NCBI GenBank assembly: GCA_001244265.2
Contig: CDLV01000013.1
Span: forward strand, 620,001 to 684,000
Origin: Microbotryum violaceum
Taxonomy: Eukaryota
Direction of reading: 5' to 3'
Length of the DNA stretch: 64,000 nt
This document shows positions 1 to 12,745 of this stretch, in pieces. Positions within the stretch are counted from its first letter, which is position 1. Every line of letters starts with the position of its first letter. The translations under genes and the position numbers were made by a program. The notes under the pieces are model-generated. The model worked only from the letters and a program-made list of their open reading frames with translations, made no database searches and was not told the DNA's origin.

Positions 1-20
1 TCTCGTCTCCTCTCCTATAG

Positions 21-3000
21 GGTCGCGCACCTCTCGTCCAAGCTTTCGCATCTCGCGCAGTCGTTCCGACCCCAGCACCACTTCAACACCTTGCGTAATG
101 CGTTCCCTTCCTCCGCTTCGGCCCATGGAGGATCGACCACCGGCTTCTTCGACCCGGCCAATGTGTTCCAACACGCCGCGAACAATACTTTGGGAGCCGC
201 GACCGGCCAGGCTGCGGGCGCTGGACCGGGCTCGTCGGCGGGAGGCGCTGGAGGGGCCAAGTGGCACGCCGGTAGGAATGCTTACAACTGGGGCTCATCG
301 GTGAGCAAAAACAACAACAACACCACTTTTGCTCGAGCGGGAAGCACGGATGCTAATGCTGTTGGATTGATCCGCCGTCGGATGATCTTTTTCTTCCCTT
401 TCTTTTTCCCTCAGAATTCGGGCCGGATGATGTCACAAGCTACCTCCCAGGATCCGTCGACACGACTGGACGAGGAAGCCGAAGACTCTTCCATCACACG
501 AGGGAGACGCAACGTCCTGCTCACCCCGCATCGAGCAGGACGAGCAGCACCAGCACCGTTCAAGTCCGCGACCCGAGAACGCAGCTCGTCGATCCCTTCT
601 TCGACCGAACGACCGGCCCCACCAACCGAATTGCTCAGGGTCTCCGAGATGGGTCTTCAAGCACCGCGGTTGTCGAGTACCGAGATGCAGAGCCGCTATC
701 GATTTGCGTTTGCGCAGGGGACCAAGACCGTTGAGATGGTCGCGATGGAGAGGGAGGCCGATGAGATGGATCTTGGGCCGCAAGCTTCGAGTGTTCGCGT
801 CTCGAGGCGGAGAGCGTCCATCTCGTCCGTGACGACACCTTCCTTCATACGGATACCTCGACCCTTGTTGTTGGCTGGTTCATCCTCGAGCGCAGCGGCA
901 CCGCTATTGAGCGCCCGAGGCGTGCACACGACGACGAAATCCTCCCCCTCGAGTCGGCGAACTCCTTTCCCTTCGACCTCCCCACCGCTTGCGACCGTCG
1001 CTCGGGTCCGACGCAACTCGACTTCGGCGATCGAACCCTCCTCGCCTTCTCTTCTTGACTCGGCCGATGCGGCGTTGCAAGTTCCTCCACCCCGCCAGTC
1101 CTCGTCACGCCCCCCGGCATCGAGCCCCAACGATCCCGCCTCGATGATGTTGCGCCAGCGCAGCCCAGCCTTCACAGAGAAGATAGAGGCCCCGACTTTT
1201 GAGACGATTAGGAACTTATCCTACCGCAGTCCTGAAGCCGCAAACGACGCTGTTCGTCACTACCTCGCCGTCGAGAGTGCTTACTCGGTCGAAGGCCACA
1301 ACGCGGCGATGGAAGCCTTGTTGAGGACGCGCTTACCGAACACGCCCATCACGACGATCGTGCATCTGTACAACCAGTTGTTCGAGCACGAGGCGTTGAG
1401 ACCGACGAGGAGATCGTACGAACTTGTGCTCAAGACTTTTTGCACGCGTGACCAAGAGGTGCTCAACAACATCAGCTTCTTGACCAAGCGCATCGAACGC
1501 AAGAAGGGGGCGACTCTGGCGCGCGGTCCGTACCATCGCGCATCGAGCTCGGAAGAGTTGATGATGAACCCTGCCGAACAAAGGACGCTCGAGACGCTGC
1601 AGAAGGAGGACTACCTCTCCCCTGCGCTTGAGATCTACAAGACCTTGGGCCCGCTCGGCGATAAGCTCGAGGACGGGGTCATGAGCGGGTTGATCGCCGG
1701 CGCCGCTCGAAGGGGTCGCATCGATTTGGCCTTGACCTTGTTTGGTCGAGTCGAAAAGTCGCCTTTCCAAAAGGCACTTCCGGGGACGTACATTGCGCTG
1801 ATCCAGATGTTCGGTCGCGAAAAGGACAAGGAGTCGTTGATGGCCGTGTTCGAGGGTTACCTCCAAGCCCGAGCTGCGGGCCAGCTCCGACCTACGAACA
1901 GTGCCATCAAGCGACCGTTCCACCAACAAGTGCCGGTCAAGCACGCCTACTCGACCGCGCCCGAGTTCACCTTCCGGGCCAACTCTGGCTTCTTCGTCGG
2001 CGGTGATGATGCCGTGTGGCGCAACACGATCGCGGCGCTTTTCGAGGTCGGCGATTCGGCCGAAGCGGTGGCCTTGCTCGAACGCATGCTTTTGGCGCAA
2101 AACTCTTCGGAGCCCCTTCCCGCCGGGTACCCCACCAAGTTCGCCCCCGCGATGCTCGCGACGATCGTGGCTGGGTTCGCTTCGCTGGGTGACGAGAGCT
2201 CGGCCCGCAAATGGTTCGACCAGGCTAGTGCCGTTGCATCGTCCGGTGTCCCGGTTGAACTCCACGGGATCGCGTTCCACGCCGCTCTCCGTGCCGATCT
2301 TCCCGCCCTTCTTCGACACATCTACGCCGCGAGCCTCGATCGGGCCGGTCCCAACTTCCCGCTGTCCATCTCGGACTTTGTCACATTCATCGACACCCAG
2401 ATCGCTTCGTTGTACTCTTCCACAACGTCGGCCGAGGATGCCCGTGCCGCCATTGACGCGATCGTTTCGGCTCGACCCAAGTTTGAGCAAGCCGCTAGAA
2501 AAGGGTGGACGCTTGGTAACCCGCAACGCGAGGTTGCTCTCTCGACCGGTCTCTTGTCGCGCATCGTCAGTGCGTTCGCTCACTGTGGCGACTGGACCAA
2601 TGCGGCCAACACGTTCGTGGAAATGGGTCGCACGATCTTGCGCGCTCAGGTGAGCAAGGACTCGGTGCGCAGTCCTGAAAAATGGATCTTGGTAGGACGC
2701 GATTCGGCTATGACTGCCTTGGGCTTTGTGCCGCAAGATGCCAAGGAATGGACTCGCAACGCCGATGCGCCTCGTTTGCCCATTGCCGAGGTCACCAAGG
2801 TCGTCGCCATGCTCAATCGCTTCAGTATTCAAGCCGGTACGAACGAGACAACCCCTTCGGCTGTTCAGGTCCTCGTCGTTGAATGCTTCTTGAGCGCCAA
2901 GGCCGAGAACAAGGGCGATGTCGAAGCGCTTAAACTGTCCGGCGATCAATGGTACGCCATCATCGACGCGTTCGCGAGCGTCCAATCCCAGATCCGTCGT

Positions 3001-5048
3001 GGTCTCGAACCAGCTTTCGAGTTCCCCGGCTTCGAACCCATCATCGATGACTTTGCCGCATCGCAGGTCAAGATTCCCTCGACGTTCGCCAACAACTTCC
3101 CTGCTTTGGTCGAATCGCTCTTGGCCGGTGGCATGCCGAGCGATCGCGCTCGTGCGGTCTTGGCCGTGCTGGATCTCAATCTCGCCCAAAGTTTGGAAGC
3201 CAAGGAAGCCCCTGCACCCGTCGAGGCTCCCGCCGCCGCTGCCCAAGTCGATTCGCCGTCTGTCGCTCAGTCCGCTCGAACGTATGCGGCCGAGCCTGCC
3301 CCCGTTGTCATCCCTACACCTCCCGCAACGCCGCCGCCTCACGTCCTCAAGCAATTGTCCGCGCCTCTGCCGACCGTTAACGCCATCGACATCAATCTCT
3401 CGAACCAACTCGACACGCTCATCTACGGCCACAGCTATGACGATGCGTTCAAGACCGCTCTGCAAGCCGCCGATCAAGGGCGCTATGCCCACCCCGAGGC
3501 GCTCGGTCGTCTCCTCGAGGCTTTGGGACGAGCTGGCAAGACCGAAGCGGCTCGACAGACCTACATACTCGCGTACGCCTCGTTACCCGCGCTCGCTGCG
3601 CAACCGACTGATCAGTCCATGGCCTGGTCCGCGCTCGAGGATCATATGATCATTACCCTTGCCGTCGCGGGTGACCTCGAAGAAGTGGGCCAACATCGCG
3701 ATCGCTTGATCCAAGCTGGTAGTGCTCCCTCGGCCGATGGGTACGCCGCGATGATCCTGCATATGCAGGAGACGACCAACGACGCTGCGGTCGCGTTGAC
3801 CTTGTTCGAGGAATCGCAACGCCTCGGCGTCAAACCCAACATCTACCTCTTCAACACACTCATTTCAAAGCTGTCGCGCGCTCGAAGGGCCAAGGATGCG
3901 CTCGAGTACTTTGAGCTCATGAAGTCGCATGGTTTGAAACCGACGGCGATCACCTATGGTGCCATCATCAATGCGTGCTGCAAGACCGGGGACGACGCTT
4001 CGGCAGATTACCTGTTCCAAGAGATGATTGCGTCGCCCAACTTCAAGCCCCGTGTGCCGCCTTACAACACCATGATCCAGTTTTACACCTCGACCAAACC
4101 CGATCGGGCCCGTGCACTGCACTACTACCGCGCACTGTTGAACGCGAGGGTGCAACCGACCGGACATACGTACAAGCTCTTGCTTGACTGCTACGGCTCG
4201 ATCGCCGAGCCCGACTTCGCGTCGATGGAAGACGTCTTTGCGACTTTGCTTCAGGACCCAAACGTGATCGTCACGGGCGCGCATTGGGCCTCGCTCATCC
4301 ACAGCTACGGATCCGTCGGCAACGACCTCGACAAGGCCGTCGAAATCTTTGATTCGATCCAAGGTCATGCCTCGACCTTGCAATCTCGTTCGGACTTGCC
4401 CGATGCGGTCGTGTACGAGGCCTTGTTGAACGCGTTCATCGCGAATGGTAGGGCCGATTTGTGCGAGAATTATTTGGTCGAGATGAAGGATCGAGGGGTG
4501 AAGATGACGGCTTATGTCGCGAATACGTTGATCAAGGTAAAGTTCCTGGGTCTGGGTATACATTCCATTATCGCTTTTTTCTTTTTCAAACTGATCATGA
4601 CCTGCTTCGGTGGAAACGTTGACAGGGCCATGCCGCTCAGAACAACATGTCGTCCGCGCGCGCGGTCTTTGACGCGATGCAAGACCCTCCCGCCGGTTTC
4701 GCCGCCTCAGGCAACCACGCTGTGAATCGACATCCCAAACAACAGCAGCAACAGTCGAGTGATCCCGCGGCGAGTGGCCCCGTGTACCGAGAACCTTCGA
4801 CGTGGGAGACGATGATCAAGGTTGAGTTGGAGGCCGGGGAGGCGCAGAGGGCTTTGGGCTTGATGAAGAGAGTTGAGGAGAGGGCATTCCCTGAGGCGGG
4901 TGAGTTCTCGCATATGCTTTGCGTTCACAGTATTATTGGGAGTGGTTCACTGACTCGCTTGCATCGGGGTTTTTTCGTGCGCACTCGATCAGTCGTAGCC
5001 AGGATTCGCAAACACCTCGATGACGCCGGGCTCGTTTCCTTGGCATAG
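21..5048 (+). CDS. Large pentatricopeptide-repeat (PPR) protein, probably mitochondrial RNA metabolism; 5' end lies upstream of the window
   Basis: ORF 91-4725 has tandem PPR motifs (GVKPNIYLFNTLISKLSRARR, GLKPTAITYGAIINACCKTGD, PRVPPYNTMIQFYT, PDAVVYEALLNAFIANG). Acceptor TAG at 18-20 precedes an in-frame exon. Predicted introns ~301-414, ~4537-4626, ~4900-4991. Stop at 5048. Confidence 0.85.
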
Positions 5049-5488
5049 AAGAAGAAAGAAGTGTCCTTGACCTGTTCTGAGTTTTTTTTTGTATCCCACT
5101 GCATGCCTTCGTTTCATCTCCGAGGAAGGTACATACCAAGCACTATGATGTAATTTTCAAGCGAAAAAAAAGGAGTGAAAAACTTTGAAGGGGTTCGCTT
5201 TCGGAGAGGGGGGTGAGGATCTCGGAATAGCGGAACAGATTGATGGGGGTGTATGAAAGTCATTTAGAGAAAAGTGCACTCGTGGGAAGTGAAGTGACCT
5301 TGGCAGAGTACACTTTTTGCATCCTTCAAGCGGCGAGGATATAATTCCGAGTGAGTCCGAGCGGTGGGCCATTCTCTCCTTGACGTCGCGCCGTGTCGGC
5401 AGATGCGCTCGATGTGCCCGAGCCCGGCTGCAACTCTCGGCTCCACTTTGCGTTTCTCCACCCCACGCCGTGTCCTCGCCAGAGCACC

Positions 5489-6660
5489 ATGTCACTCCGA
5501 ACCCTGTCTCGATCATCCCTGCTCTTGCCGTCCATGATCGGCTCAACAAGTCGACTGCCACTCCTTGCATGCCTCTCGTCGATCTCGTGCTCGATCGTCC
5601 CTCGGAGCTCGGCCTCACCCTCTTCCTCGTCGTTCTCCTCTTGCTCTTCGGCGTTCAACAGGATAGCACCTGCACCATCTGCAACCGCAGCCCCTCGTCC
5701 AAGTGGACTAGCCTACAAGCAGCGTGAACTACCGTCTGATCGTGAATTGCCCCGGTTAAAAGTGAGCCTTCCCATTCACCCCTTCCTCCTCCTCTTCTGC
5801 ACCGACTTAAAATCCACCCTCTTGACTCGAACAGTCCCGAACGCCGCTCTACCTCTCCGTCGCCCTCCTCTCCGCTACAACATGGGGTCTATTCCTCTTC
5901 TACGCGACCAACGCCGAGCGGTCCAATTCATCCGTGATAGGTTCGCTCGCGTTTCAACTAAGGACCTCCAAAGTCGTGGCCGATTTCTTGGGGAATAAAG
6001 TGCATTTACCGACCTTGATCGGGGAATTTAGGACGGTGAAAGGGAATGTGAGTACTGGGAAGTTGGGAAATGGGTGCAACGAAGAAGTTTCTTCGGGATG
6101 CGATAACTGATGAAGGCCGTTATTTTTTTTCGGGGGGGGGGGCTTGTTTCTTTCTTTCTTTCTCGCCCGGCTCGGTACCCTTCTTCGTGTGGTCGAATCT
6201 CGCCCCCCCCCCCCCCCTCCGAATTCGATGACTTGAAAATAGATCAACATGTTGGCCGGACGAATTGACGTTCAATTCAGAGTCAAAGGTGATAAAGGTC
6301 CGTAGTAATAATAATAAAACCCTTCTCCCTTTTCCCTACCTACTCTCCACCTTCCCCCCCCCACAAAAAACCTCAACCTCTAACCATTTCCCCTCCCTCC
6401 CCCCCCCTCTCTCTCTCTCTCTATTAGCCGGAGGAACCGCGATTTTCACCTCCGTTCGTAGAGGTAAAGAAGGTAGATTCGAGGTACTGAGATGGAAGAT
6501 CATCAGGGATGATGGGCAAACGTTGGATTTACAAGCCGCGGATCCTAAATCGGCGAGGAGGGTGATTGAGGAAGTGGTCATTAGGGAGACGGAGACGGAG
6601 ACGGGAGAGAAAAAAGGAATGGTGAAAAGTGAGAGTGAGGGGGTTAAGAGGATTGTGTAG
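5489..6660 (+). CDS. COA1: Cytochrome c oxidase assembly factor Coa1-like, 4 exons
   Basis: Spliced product has an Arg/Ser-rich presequence, one TM helix (LYLSVALLSATTWGLFLFYA), then NAERSNSSVI...KGN|INMLAGRIDVQFRVKGDK|AGGTAIFTSVR...FEVLRW, matching the fungal Coa1 pattern. Exons ~5489-5761, 5834-6047, 6243-~6297, 6428-6660. Confidence 0.75.
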
Positions 6661-6665
6661 AAGTT

Positions 6666-6694
6666 GCGAGGGGCGAGGGGCGAGGGGCGAGGGG
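6666..6694 (+). repeat. (GCGAGGG)x4 tandem repeat giving four GGGG tracts, a G-quadruplex motif in the COA1 3' UTR
   Basis: G4 tracts at 6670-73, 6677-80, 6684-87 and 6691-94 with CGA loops. Confidence 0.85.
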
Positions 6695-6950
6695 ATGGGA
6701 AAATGGTTTTGTGGGTCTTTGGGTAGATAGATAACCTGGCGGGCGGCGGTGCCCACAGAGGAAAAGGGGTGACGAGTTATTAGGTTTTGCTTTTGGAAAG
6801 CGTTTTCTAAAGTCTTCAATTTTCGGCGCGTATGATCGTACAGCACAACCACGTAGTGTATCTAACATAGCAAAAAAAGGCGGGGACATTTTCACACACA
6901 GAGGAGGAATGGAAACAAGTGGCGCGGCGATTTATACCCCTGTTTCTGTC

Positions 6951-8615
6951 CTACGACCCCTTTGAACCATCGGTACCGACCGATCCTGTCATCTTGTGTT
7001 CCAAACCGTGGACGGTCTGAACGGTCGTCAAGGCTTGGGAGGTAAAGACCAATAAGGGGATGAGGATGAGGAAAGAGATGAGGATGCCTGTGGGGAATAA
7101 AGAACAATGTTGGGGGTCAGTTTACGCTCTCCTTAAATTGACAGATGGCCAACGCGGACTCACAAAGAATCAAAGCGGGTGTGAAAAAGACGTAACGATG
7201 CAACAGTCCCGAATTAGGCTTGACCTCAAAGATCGAGGTGGGGTCAGGTGCGAAAGCTGAAGCGACGTAGTTGATCCCTGCGTCGATAACTTGAGCGGCT
7301 TTGTCGGTGACGGATTCAATGATGGGTCGGTCTTGGGCGGCAAAGGTGTCGGGGTCGTCGGTGCCGATGGTGGAAGAGGGGACTAGGGTTTCGTCGAGGG
7401 TTTCTTCGAGGTCGGAGAGGGAAGAAAGGACTTTTTCTTCGCTTTCAGGGGCTTCATCGTCCAGATCAAGGGCTTGACGTTTGGTGAGAGGGGTGATCGA
7501 TGCGAGGGCTTGGGTTGAGGCTTCGGGGAGCGAGGTGAGGACGACGAGGTACGGTCCTTGAAGGGTGTGCAGGTGAGCTTGGATGGCTTCGTCTGCGGGA
7601 CAAACCGAGTAAAGTGGGTGAGCTGCGGGCCAAGGATCACTCGAACCTCGGGACGCACCAATTTTGTTGAGGAGCTCTCGTCTGCCTTGCCTCGCCTTGA
7701 CGCCGACCAACTCCCACTCGTCCAAACCCTGCACGGTCTCGATCCTCAACGTTTTCGCCGCATCTCCCTGCCAAAAGCTCGCGTAGTCGTCCGTCTGCAG
7801 GACGGCACCGCACTGCTTGATGAAAGTGCGCGCCACTCGTTCAGGGGTCGTCAGCACGCCGTTGGCGAGGGGGACGTAGGCACGCGTGAGGGATGATTCG
7901 GCGTAGTAGTCGAGACGGGCTCGGATGCCGGTTGGTGTAGGGGGGAGCAGGGAGAGGTCCGAGTAGTGCAATCCTGGTGCGGAGACGAGCAGGATCGATT
8001 GCAGCGAACATAGGTCGGCCGCGGGGTCCGAGGAGGAGAAGCTCGCTTGGGTCCCAGAGCGGGAAGACGATGATGGGGAGGTGGAGGCTAGTGTTGATAG
8101 GGAGGAGTGTCTGTAATGAAGGAGAGGATGTCGGCTTAGTGGAGCGCTCTTCTCGTGCTCTTCTTGTGCTCTTCTTGCGGTGGGCGAGGGAGTAACGCCA
8201 GATCGCCACCGCCCGACACGGTGTTCTGACGAGACGTGTGTACTGGCAGTTCTATCTCAAAGTGGGAGTAGTTTTGTGAGGGACAGGCCCCTGTTGAGGT
8301 CTCTGCTTCCACCCGCAGCTCAATCCAACCTCGGGGCATCGTCATCGACGCCGCTCGCTTCCCAAGACAAGACGGCCTCGCCACCCACCACTCGTTTCGT
8401 TCGCCCAGACTATTCCGTGGCCGCATAGCCTGAGACCAACATCGCGCCAAAAGAGAATCACAACAAGCATCTCTTCCAACTCACGGTCTATCGGCCCAAG
8501 CGACGATGGGGAACGTATTGGCGAACGCATCGACCCCGACCGCGATGGTCGTCAGTGCGACCAAGGTGACGGCCCATCGTGAGACACTCGACCTTGAACT
8601 GTGCGACGGTGCCAT
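6951..8615 (-). CDS. Type I membrane protein of the V-ATPase assembly factor Voa1/Ac45 (Big1-like) family
   Basis: Signal peptide (MAPSHS...AVTLVALTTIAVGVDA), luminal region (ORF 7117-7971) and C-terminal GLLHRYVFFTPALIL-ILISFLILIPLLVFTSQALTTVQT, typical of the Ac45/Voa1 TM segment. Stop at 6951-6953. Confidence 0.65.
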
Positions 8616-8738
8616 GTTGGTGGTTGGAGTGGTGAGTGGGATTGGGGTTGGGCTGCGAGTGGAGCGGAGGGAGCGGAGGGAGCAGAGAGTGCAGTGCAGG
8701 CGCGCCAAGAGGGATCAGCGATTACAACTCGAGTTTGT

Positions 8739-8776
8739 AATGAGCAATGAGCAATGAGCAATGAGCAATGAGCAAT
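8739..8776. repeat. (AATGAGC)x5 tandem repeat in the short divergent promoter between the Voa1-like gene and PSO2
   Basis: Five exact heptamer copies plus a partial copy, read directly. Confidence 0.95.
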
Positions 8777-8868
8777 TGGAGCGCAATGTCACTGCGCGCG
8801 CGAGCTCGGCTCGGGTTTTGACTTCTCTCCGCGTGTGGCGACTTGCTGTGGTGACTGCTGAGAGGACG

Positions 8869-11800
8869 ATGACCTTGACCTCGAGCAGCTTCAACAAGGG
8901 CTTGCTCCCACCTCGTTCGACAATACACGACCTCTTTCGAGCTCGACACCAAGCTGAAGCTAAAGCTGAAGCCGAGGCTCAGGCTGCCAAGACACGTTCC
9001 CCAGCCACGAACCAGACCCCGACCCGTCGCGCGTCAGCAGCTCGGAACAAGTTGACTTCGCACACCAAGCACACCAATCCGTCGTCGTCGTCGTCGTCCT
9101 CGTCAGCCACGAACAGGCTGGACAGGACAACGATCGGTACGAGTACAACCAAGAAGCGTAAGGCGGTGGCGGTGACTCCTCATGTCGATAGCGATGATTC
9201 CGATATTGAGATCCTGCCCTCTACGCTCAACGCGACCGCAACGAGTGGTGGGCTCAAGCGATCAAAGGCGATCACACAGGAGGCTTCAGCTACGGATCGC
9301 AAGAACAAGCTGTTCGTACGAGCCGAATCGATCTCGATTGATTTGACTATCGAGGATGAAGAGGAGGCGCCATCTGAGCAGGTTTCGACGAATGTGGCGG
9401 CCACCTCGGAGCTCAACGCGAATCTCGATGAAGACGATGGCGAAGGCGAGGGGCATCGATCCCGAGATGCCGCCGAGAGGGAACAGAGCTTCGGTCAATG
9501 GAACAACGACGACGGCGCGCACGAGGGCGAACAAGACCTATTTTGGGATCAAAGCGATCACGACGACGACGAACCGCATCGTCGCAGCGAGACTCCAAGC
9601 CGAGCACCCCAGGCCAAGGACGAGATGTGGGGTGAGGAACGCATGCTTCAAGACTCGGACGGCGACGATGTCGTCTTTGCCGACGAGTTCGACGACCAAC
9701 CCATCACTGCCATCGGGCAACAAGGTAGCTCCAAGGATCTTGAACCAGTCGACGATCACGCTTCTTCCAACCATTCGACGTGCCCCATCTGCTCCATCTC
9801 GCTCGGCTCCATGTCCAAGAAGGCAAGGGAAGCGCATGCTAACACCTGTCTCGATGAGTGCGACGACGACTTGGTCTCCAAGCCTGCCGGTCGAGGCATA
9901 TTTTCTTCCATGTTCGGGAAGCATTCGAAGCCTGCACCGACCTCTACGAAAGGCAAGGGCAAGTCTGTGGCAACCCCAGCGAGCAACGGCCGACGACCCC
10001 TCTCGTCCTTTATGCCTTCCTTCTCCTTCAGCGCCGCCTCCTCAACCTCGAGCTCGGCGCCAGGTGCTCCCAACGCTTTTACGGCCCTCATGACGGGACA
10101 CGCCGAGACGAAGCAGTGGAAACTCGCCGAGGAGGCGGACAAACAGAAAGGTCGAGTGCCAAAGGGCGAGTTCAAAAAGGTGCCGTTCTACAAATGGGTC
10201 GAAGGGCTTCAAATCACGGTCAGTCCAAAGCCTCGTTTTTAGTACGTCATTCGCACAGTCTCTGAAAAGGCCGAGGCTTGACAACAGGTCGATGCCTTTC
10301 GCTACAACGCGATTCAAGGCTGTAAAGCCTACTTCCTCACGCACGCGCATTCGGACCATTATCAAAACCTTTCGGCGAGTTGGGATCATGGCCCTATTTA
10401 TTGCTCCTACACGACGGCGAATTTGATCAAGCTCAAGCTTGGCGTCAAGGACGAGTACCTCAAGCCGTTGCCGATGAATGAGACGGTCAAGGTTCATGGG
10501 ATAGATGTGACGCTCATTGATGCGAATCAGTGAGTGGGCCTGCGGATGGGTCCTTTGAAAAGGTGGAGATTGATCCGACGTGTGCTGCACAGCTGCCCTG
10601 GTTCGGTCCTGTTCCTCTTTGAGGGCCCTCACACCGATCCGAACAGTCCCTACTCCAAGACGCCCTCGAGAATTTTTCGGTATCTTCACTGTGGAGGTCA
10701 GTCTCACCTTACAAGCGCGTTTGACGACCCAAGTCCTATAAGTCACATTCTCACTTCAATCGCCTCGCCAGCCAGATTTTCGCGCCGCACCCCAGCACGT
10801 TTTGCACCCGGCGGTGAAGAACAAGCGGATCGATATCTGTTACCTCGATACGACCTACCTCGACTCCAAGTACTGTTTTCCCGCGCAGGAACTCGTGATC
10901 GAAGCGTGTGCGCAGTTGGTCAGGGAGCGCGTCTTGGAGGGCGATGAGGAGGCTTTGAATCGACTTGCGGGGGAGGCGGAGGTTGGGATGAGGAACGGTA
11001 TGAAGGGTTGGTTGAGTGGGAGAGGGGTGAAAAAAGGGGAGGAAGAGGACGAGGGTAAGGGGGGTCTGGGGGTGGGCAAGGTGGAAGATGAGGAAGAGGA
11101 CGAGAGGGTTTTGAGGAAGATGGAGGAGGAGCAGGTGATGATGGGGGAGGAAGCGGAAATGATCAAGGCTGAGCAAGGTGGGGGAGGGGAGGACGTCAAA
11201 GAGGAGGCGAAAGTTGTGAATGATGTAAAGGAGGAGCGCAAGCCAAAGTTGGAGAAGGAGGATTCGAAGAAGCCCAAGAAAGAGAAGCTACTGGTCATGG
11301 TCGGCACGTATTCGATTGGCAAGGAACGGATCGTCAAGGGTGAGTAACATGTACATAATGTGCTGTCTCAAAAATGTATAGAGCTGACATCGGAGCTTTT
11401 CTGTTAATCAGGTATTGCCAAAGCGCTCGGCACCAAGATCTATTGCGACGAACGAAAATCGGCGATCCTATCGGCGCAAGACGATCCCGAACTACATGCA
11501 CTCATGACTAGTGACCCGCTGGAAGGGCAGGTCCATATGTGTTGGCTTAATAGCGTTAATAGGGTAGGTAGAGAGAGACGTTACAGTGTGAGATGCTGGG
11601 CCTCTGAGCTGACTGTTCCTCTTTTCGAGATTGCAGGATGCCATGTCGGATTACCATGCGCAGTACAGCGCCAAGCGGATGGAAGGTGGATACACGCAGG
11701 TCATTGGACTTCGGCCCACGGGTGAGTTCTGGCTACTTTCGAAGATGAACAAAACATGATGCTGACGATAGCTTTTGCGTGGACTGACGGATAGGCTGGA

Positions 11801-12237
11801 CCTACAAAGCCGAGGGATCAACAGGAGAAAAGACGCCGACGATCGCGAAGATCTTGGAGCGCGAAAGGTTGCGCAAGTTCTCGGCTGCTGGGATGTGTGA
11901 GTCCGCCGACGAGACAACGCCATCGATTGAACAGGACCGCGAGATGGATTGAACTAACGAGCGACCCCCATGCCCCATCATAGACCCCCAACGCGACTCG
12001 ACGTCCACTTTCCTCGGCTACGGCGTCCCCTATTCCGAGCATTCGTCCTTCTACGAACTGACCTGCTTCGCCCTCTCGCTCGACTACGTCCGCATGATCC
12101 CGACGGTGAATGTACATACGCCTGCTTCGAGGAAGAGGATGGACGATTGGATGACGCGGTGGAAGGCGGAGAAGAAGAGGAGGGCCGATGCGAGGATCCC
12201 GAGGTTGGTCGAGCCGAGGAGCGAGAATTATTGGTAA
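8869..12237 (+). CDS. PSO2: DNA interstrand cross-link repair nuclease Pso2/Snm1 (metallo-beta-lactamase/beta-CASP), multi-exon
   Basis: UBZ-type zinc finger CPICSISL...AHANTCLD. MBL motifs FLTHAHSDHY, DANH|CPGS, LHCG|DFR, YLDTTY, GTYSIGKER, VPYSEHSS. Stop TAA at 12235-12237. Confidence 0.9.
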
Positions 12238-12745
12238 AGCTTGGGAGGGGTAAGAGTGGGCGCATAGGCCGACCTTTCTTTGGGTTTATTATTTATTATT
12301 ATTAATTGTCATGTCGACCTTTTGGAGAGTTTCGTTTGCCCTGTGTGCGGAAGAAAAGTCATGGTTCTCAGCCCGCAATGATGGCCCGCGACTGCTAACG
12401 ACGGTATTGCGTAGAGCAATAGAGAAGGACCCAGAAATTGAGTTTGTTTGGCGGTGAATGTTCGCCACCGAAGCGCCACAGCTCGCCCCGGTCCGAAAAT
12501 TGAGTCACTACAACGAGATGGCGACGCCCGCAAGTGGAGGTTCCAGGTGGGGGTAGCTGGCAAGGAGGCCCGAGCGGCAGCGATTTTCGCGCGGAGGGCG
12601 TGGCATGGTCGAAGTTTTGCAGCGTGGACGGCACCGCTCTTTTTCCCGCCCATCCCACCGATCTCTCGAGGTCGCGCCCCCGTACCCACCCTTTCCCCTC
12701 CCCTCCTCCCTCGACACTCGTCACCCCCCAAAAGTCTAGCCCAAC

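Noticed and set aside
1174-1193. ACAGAGAAGAT resembling the U6 ACAGAGA box
   Set aside because: It lies inside the PPR coding exon and the rest of U6 is absent.
1333-3492. 719-aa minus-strand ORF
   Set aside because: Antisense shadow of the codon-biased PPR CDS with no recognisable domain.
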